Of a DNA stretch of 64,000 nucleotides, positions 60,823 through 64,000 are shown one piece after another (position 1 is the stretch's first letter; each line of letters starts with the position of its first letter). The DNA comes from Monocercomonoides exilis PA203 (lineage: Eukaryota > Protista > Preaxostyla): assembly GCA_001643675.2 (NCBI GenBank), contig LSRY02000013.1, positions 992,001-1,056,000 of the forward strand, read 5' to 3'. A program made the position numbers and the translations under genes. The notes beneath the pieces were generated by a model. The model saw only the letters and a program-made list of their open reading frames with translations. It did not search any database and was not told where the DNA came from.

Positions 60823-62252
60823 TCAGGCATTCAAAAAATAATCAGAAATATTCAACGATTGTCCATAGAAATATTTGTTATTCAGAAAATAAAATGTTCC
60901 ATAAAAACTTGTAATGGTATCTTCGTATCCTTCTTCTTCCGTCTTATTAAGAATTTCCATTTTTATCTTCTTTCTTTTCACTTCCTCCATTTCGTCTTTC
61001 TCCTTTTCTTTCAATTCCCTTGAAACATTTAAAAAGAATCTCAAGAATTCTCACATCATGCAACCATCAAATGTTTGATCGCGAATTTCCTCCAAAATGA
61101 AATCAAAAACTCCACCTTTCAGCAAATCATTGAAAACAATCAAAAATGGCTGGTAAATAATCATTTTCACAAAAATGCCACAACATCGAAAGACAATATC
61201 ACTGTGATTCTCCCTTGCTACTCTGCATAATCCTGTCATGCAATCAATCAAATCAGAAAATTCTTCATCATAAATCTCGAAACATTCAAAGAAATTGCAA
61301 CATATGTCCAACCACCTATCAACATTTAAAAACTCGTTCGTTTTAAATCCTGCTTTTTCCCAAGTGTCTTCCTTTTCCTTCCAATCCAAGTGTTCCACAA
61401 GCTCTTCCAACTCTCTTGCTGCCTCCTTCACAAAATGCAGTTCATTCACAATCACTCCTGTTAAATCGTTGTCTTCGAGATATCTGCGCATCAAAATGCT
61501 CCAAGCTGATTGATATGCAAGCTGCGTCAGATTACGATGCTCTTGATGACATTTGATAATTTCTGCAATCTTTTCCAAATACTTCTTTTTTTTGATCTCC
61601 TATTTAAAAGCAATAAAGGAAAAATATTAAACTCTAAAAAGCAAAGATAAGGTCATACATTTCCTTTTCTTAAGCAACTCAAAGAAAGCAATGCCATTTC
61701 CACTTCTTTTTGTGTTTCTTCATCTTCCTGTTTGTTCAATGCTACTTTAAGAAGGCATGGCATGCAAATAGGTATCAATTCTGTATTTAATGTGTTGTCA
61801 AACAAAAGGTAGCATTCGCACAGATCAACAAGAAGCTTTTCGTTCTTTTCTTCTTTTTTCTCGTTTTCGAAAAAAATCATCTTTTCAATTCTTTTGCGCA
61901 GCGAAGAATAGCGAATGTAACTGAACAAATATTCAACTAAAACTGATCCATATATCAAATGTTTCAACAGCATAATGACATTTTCCATAGATATTTTCTT
62001 TTCATCAATCATTTTGTCCATTTTATCGAACATTTCTTTTGTGAAAGTCCAAAAAAATTCATTTCCATCCATTTCATCAATCACTTCATTCAGTTCTTCA
62101 ATTTTCTGTTTTTGATCTTCCTCTCTGCAATGCTCCAGTTCAGAAAATAATTCTTTTATGAAAAAAATAAAGAAAAAATTCGACAATCAAAAATTCAAAT
62201 GCAGCTTAAATTGAAGACCTGTGAACTTTTTTGTGTTGTTCTTCTCCTGCAT
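60823..62252 (-). pseudogene. Expanded 3-exon family copy with a single in-frame TGA (61051-61053)
   Basis: Exon 1 MQEKNNTKKFT|GT, exon 2 ELFSELEHCREEDQKQKIEE...EVEMALLSLS, exon 3 reads ...GCMM*EFLRFFLNVSRELKEK...ISDYFLNA* in one frame. Confidence 0.85.
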
Positions 62253-63007
62253 TTTTGAAAACAGAATGAGTGTGGAAAATAACAACATTATAATCATTCA
62301 CGTTGAATTCGCATATGAACAGATGGAAGAAATTGGTGGAAAAAAATTATCAAAATAGAAATGAAAAAATGAATGTTCATACAATGTCTTTTTTCATTTG
62401 CATTTTTTGAGAAGCTGTATCAAAGAGAAACAACACAATATCTTTTCAGGATTATTGTTACGGATCCTTTGATCAAAAGAAATATTTTGTGCAAGAATTG
62501 CAACAGGCCTAATGTGAAAATGATGAATGAATAATTGATGCAAAATGGGCTGTTTCAAACTTGGTGGAACGATACAGCGAAGGAGGGATATCGTTGATGG
62601 AATTGTTTGAAATGATTTTTAAGAAAAGCATCTCACAAAGAAATTCAACAATTTTTCAAAAATCATAATATCTGCATGTATGCATTCTTTATTGTTCTTG
62701 TTCATTTTGAAAATGTTTCCATCTGTGGCCTTCTCAGGGTGCAAGAATCAGATAAATGACGTCAATGAACAATCTTTTGCCTTTCTGAGGTGAGCATCAG
62801 AAGAGAGTCGGATGCTGAGATACAATCGACAGATGGGAATTGCATATTTTCCTTATTCAATTGAGAGATGAGAAGAAAAACAAATTCGATTTCAAAGAAT
62901 ATGGATGAAGTTGAAAGAAGAAGATTCCCAACAATTGAACAGCACTTGAAAAGAAAAAATAATTTTCTTGGGGGAAAAAAGTGGATGACAACATCGAAAA
63001 CAGGATA

Positions 63008-64000
63008 CCATCGTTCTTAAACCCGGTTCTTTTTCTAAAACTGGGGAATATTCTTCTATGATAATTCACACAAAATTTCCTTAAGTTTAAAGTGAATTTT
63101 GATTATATTTTTTGAATAAAAAATCAAAACATCCTGATTAATAACAATCTTTATATTTAATCATGAAAAAGTTAAAACACACACACTTTTTCAAGAAGTT
63201 AATTGAATTGGATTGAACAGTAAAAATCTAAATAGTACTGAAATTCTTCGCAAAGTTTGCATCATCATCGTACGAAATTAAAAGTCGCTTTTTCTTAACT
63301 TTTCTTTCTCTCAATTCATATATGTTTAATGTTTTCTCATAATTCAAACTCTTTTGATTTGGCTCATTTATGTTGCTCAGCAATTTCCTTAACTGATTTC
63401 TGGATTGTTTTACTTTTTTCGTGCGCATTTTCACAGGAATGCTGTCATCCTTTCTGTCTTGAAAATTTGAAACAGATGTTTCCTCGCTTTCTACTGGCTT
63501 CATGTTGCTGCGATCCATATGGCATGTTCTTGTTTTTATCCTTTTGTTTGTGAGAGAAAATTTTCCAAACAACTCCGAGTCCCAGTTTGATTTTTTTTTC
63601 TATTCTCTGCGAAATGGGTGAACCAGAAACTCTTGACAGAACAGGTGCTGCCATCACAGGCCAAATACCAGTTTTCTGAAACGCGCTTTTTATTGTTGAT
63701 GGAGATGTTGAAGAAGTGAGTGCTTCAGGAAGAACTTTTGCTAATTCACTTCGAAATGAAGAGGAAGAATGTGGTTGCGGTGGGTTGAAATTGTCATTAA
63801 AAATCTTTTTAAATCTTGCAAATATGCTGCTGTCGCATGGCTGAAGAAGATGAGTGAGATTTGGAGGAAATCTCATCATTATTATTCCTTGTTTATCTGT
63901 GCATTTCTCAATTTTTTCATTGATGTGAGAAGGATGGTTATCAAGAAGGAAAACAGCTTTTGGCATATTTAAGAGTTTCATTTTTGTTTTAATCGAAGGA
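63008..64000 (-). mobile_element. pogo/DDE_1-type DNA transposon C, 3' part (runs off the window)
   Basis: FLLDNHPSH and FPPNLTHLLQPCDSSIFARFK at 63445-63981. TIR TA|CCATCGTTCTTAAACCCGG...AAAACTGGGG starts at 63008, the point where homology with the 5420-5870 block ends. Confidence 0.9.

Overview
AT-rich eukaryotic genomic DNA: short GT-AG introns, standard genetic code, long (GAA)n-type coding repeats. Gene and repeat content resemble the oxymonad Monocercomonoides (inference, not database-confirmed). A dense island of intact genes at about 38.5-55.3 kb contains NAC-alpha, a 1208-aa low-complexity protein, a 3-exon eIF4E and a 3608-aa casein kinase 1. It is flanked by repeat and pseudogene-rich DNA. 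That DNA holds two tyrosine-recombinase (DIRS-type) retroelements, at least four pogo/DDE_1-type transposons, several MITE-like inverted repeats including a perfect 362-bp palindrome, and six copies of an expanded 3-exon helical-protein family. A 1992-aa type I membrane protein with five tandem domains also lies in this flanking DNA. The most notable item is not visible in the ORF track: 556-5096 is a DIRS-type element. Its ITRs and internal complementary region (ICR) are almost perfectly intact, its coding region has decayed and appears to lack the RT core, and it carries a hairpin-dense 3' region. It inserted via a TTG core into exon 1 of a host-family gene. This is the pattern expected of a recently trans-mobilised, non-autonomous DIRS derivative.
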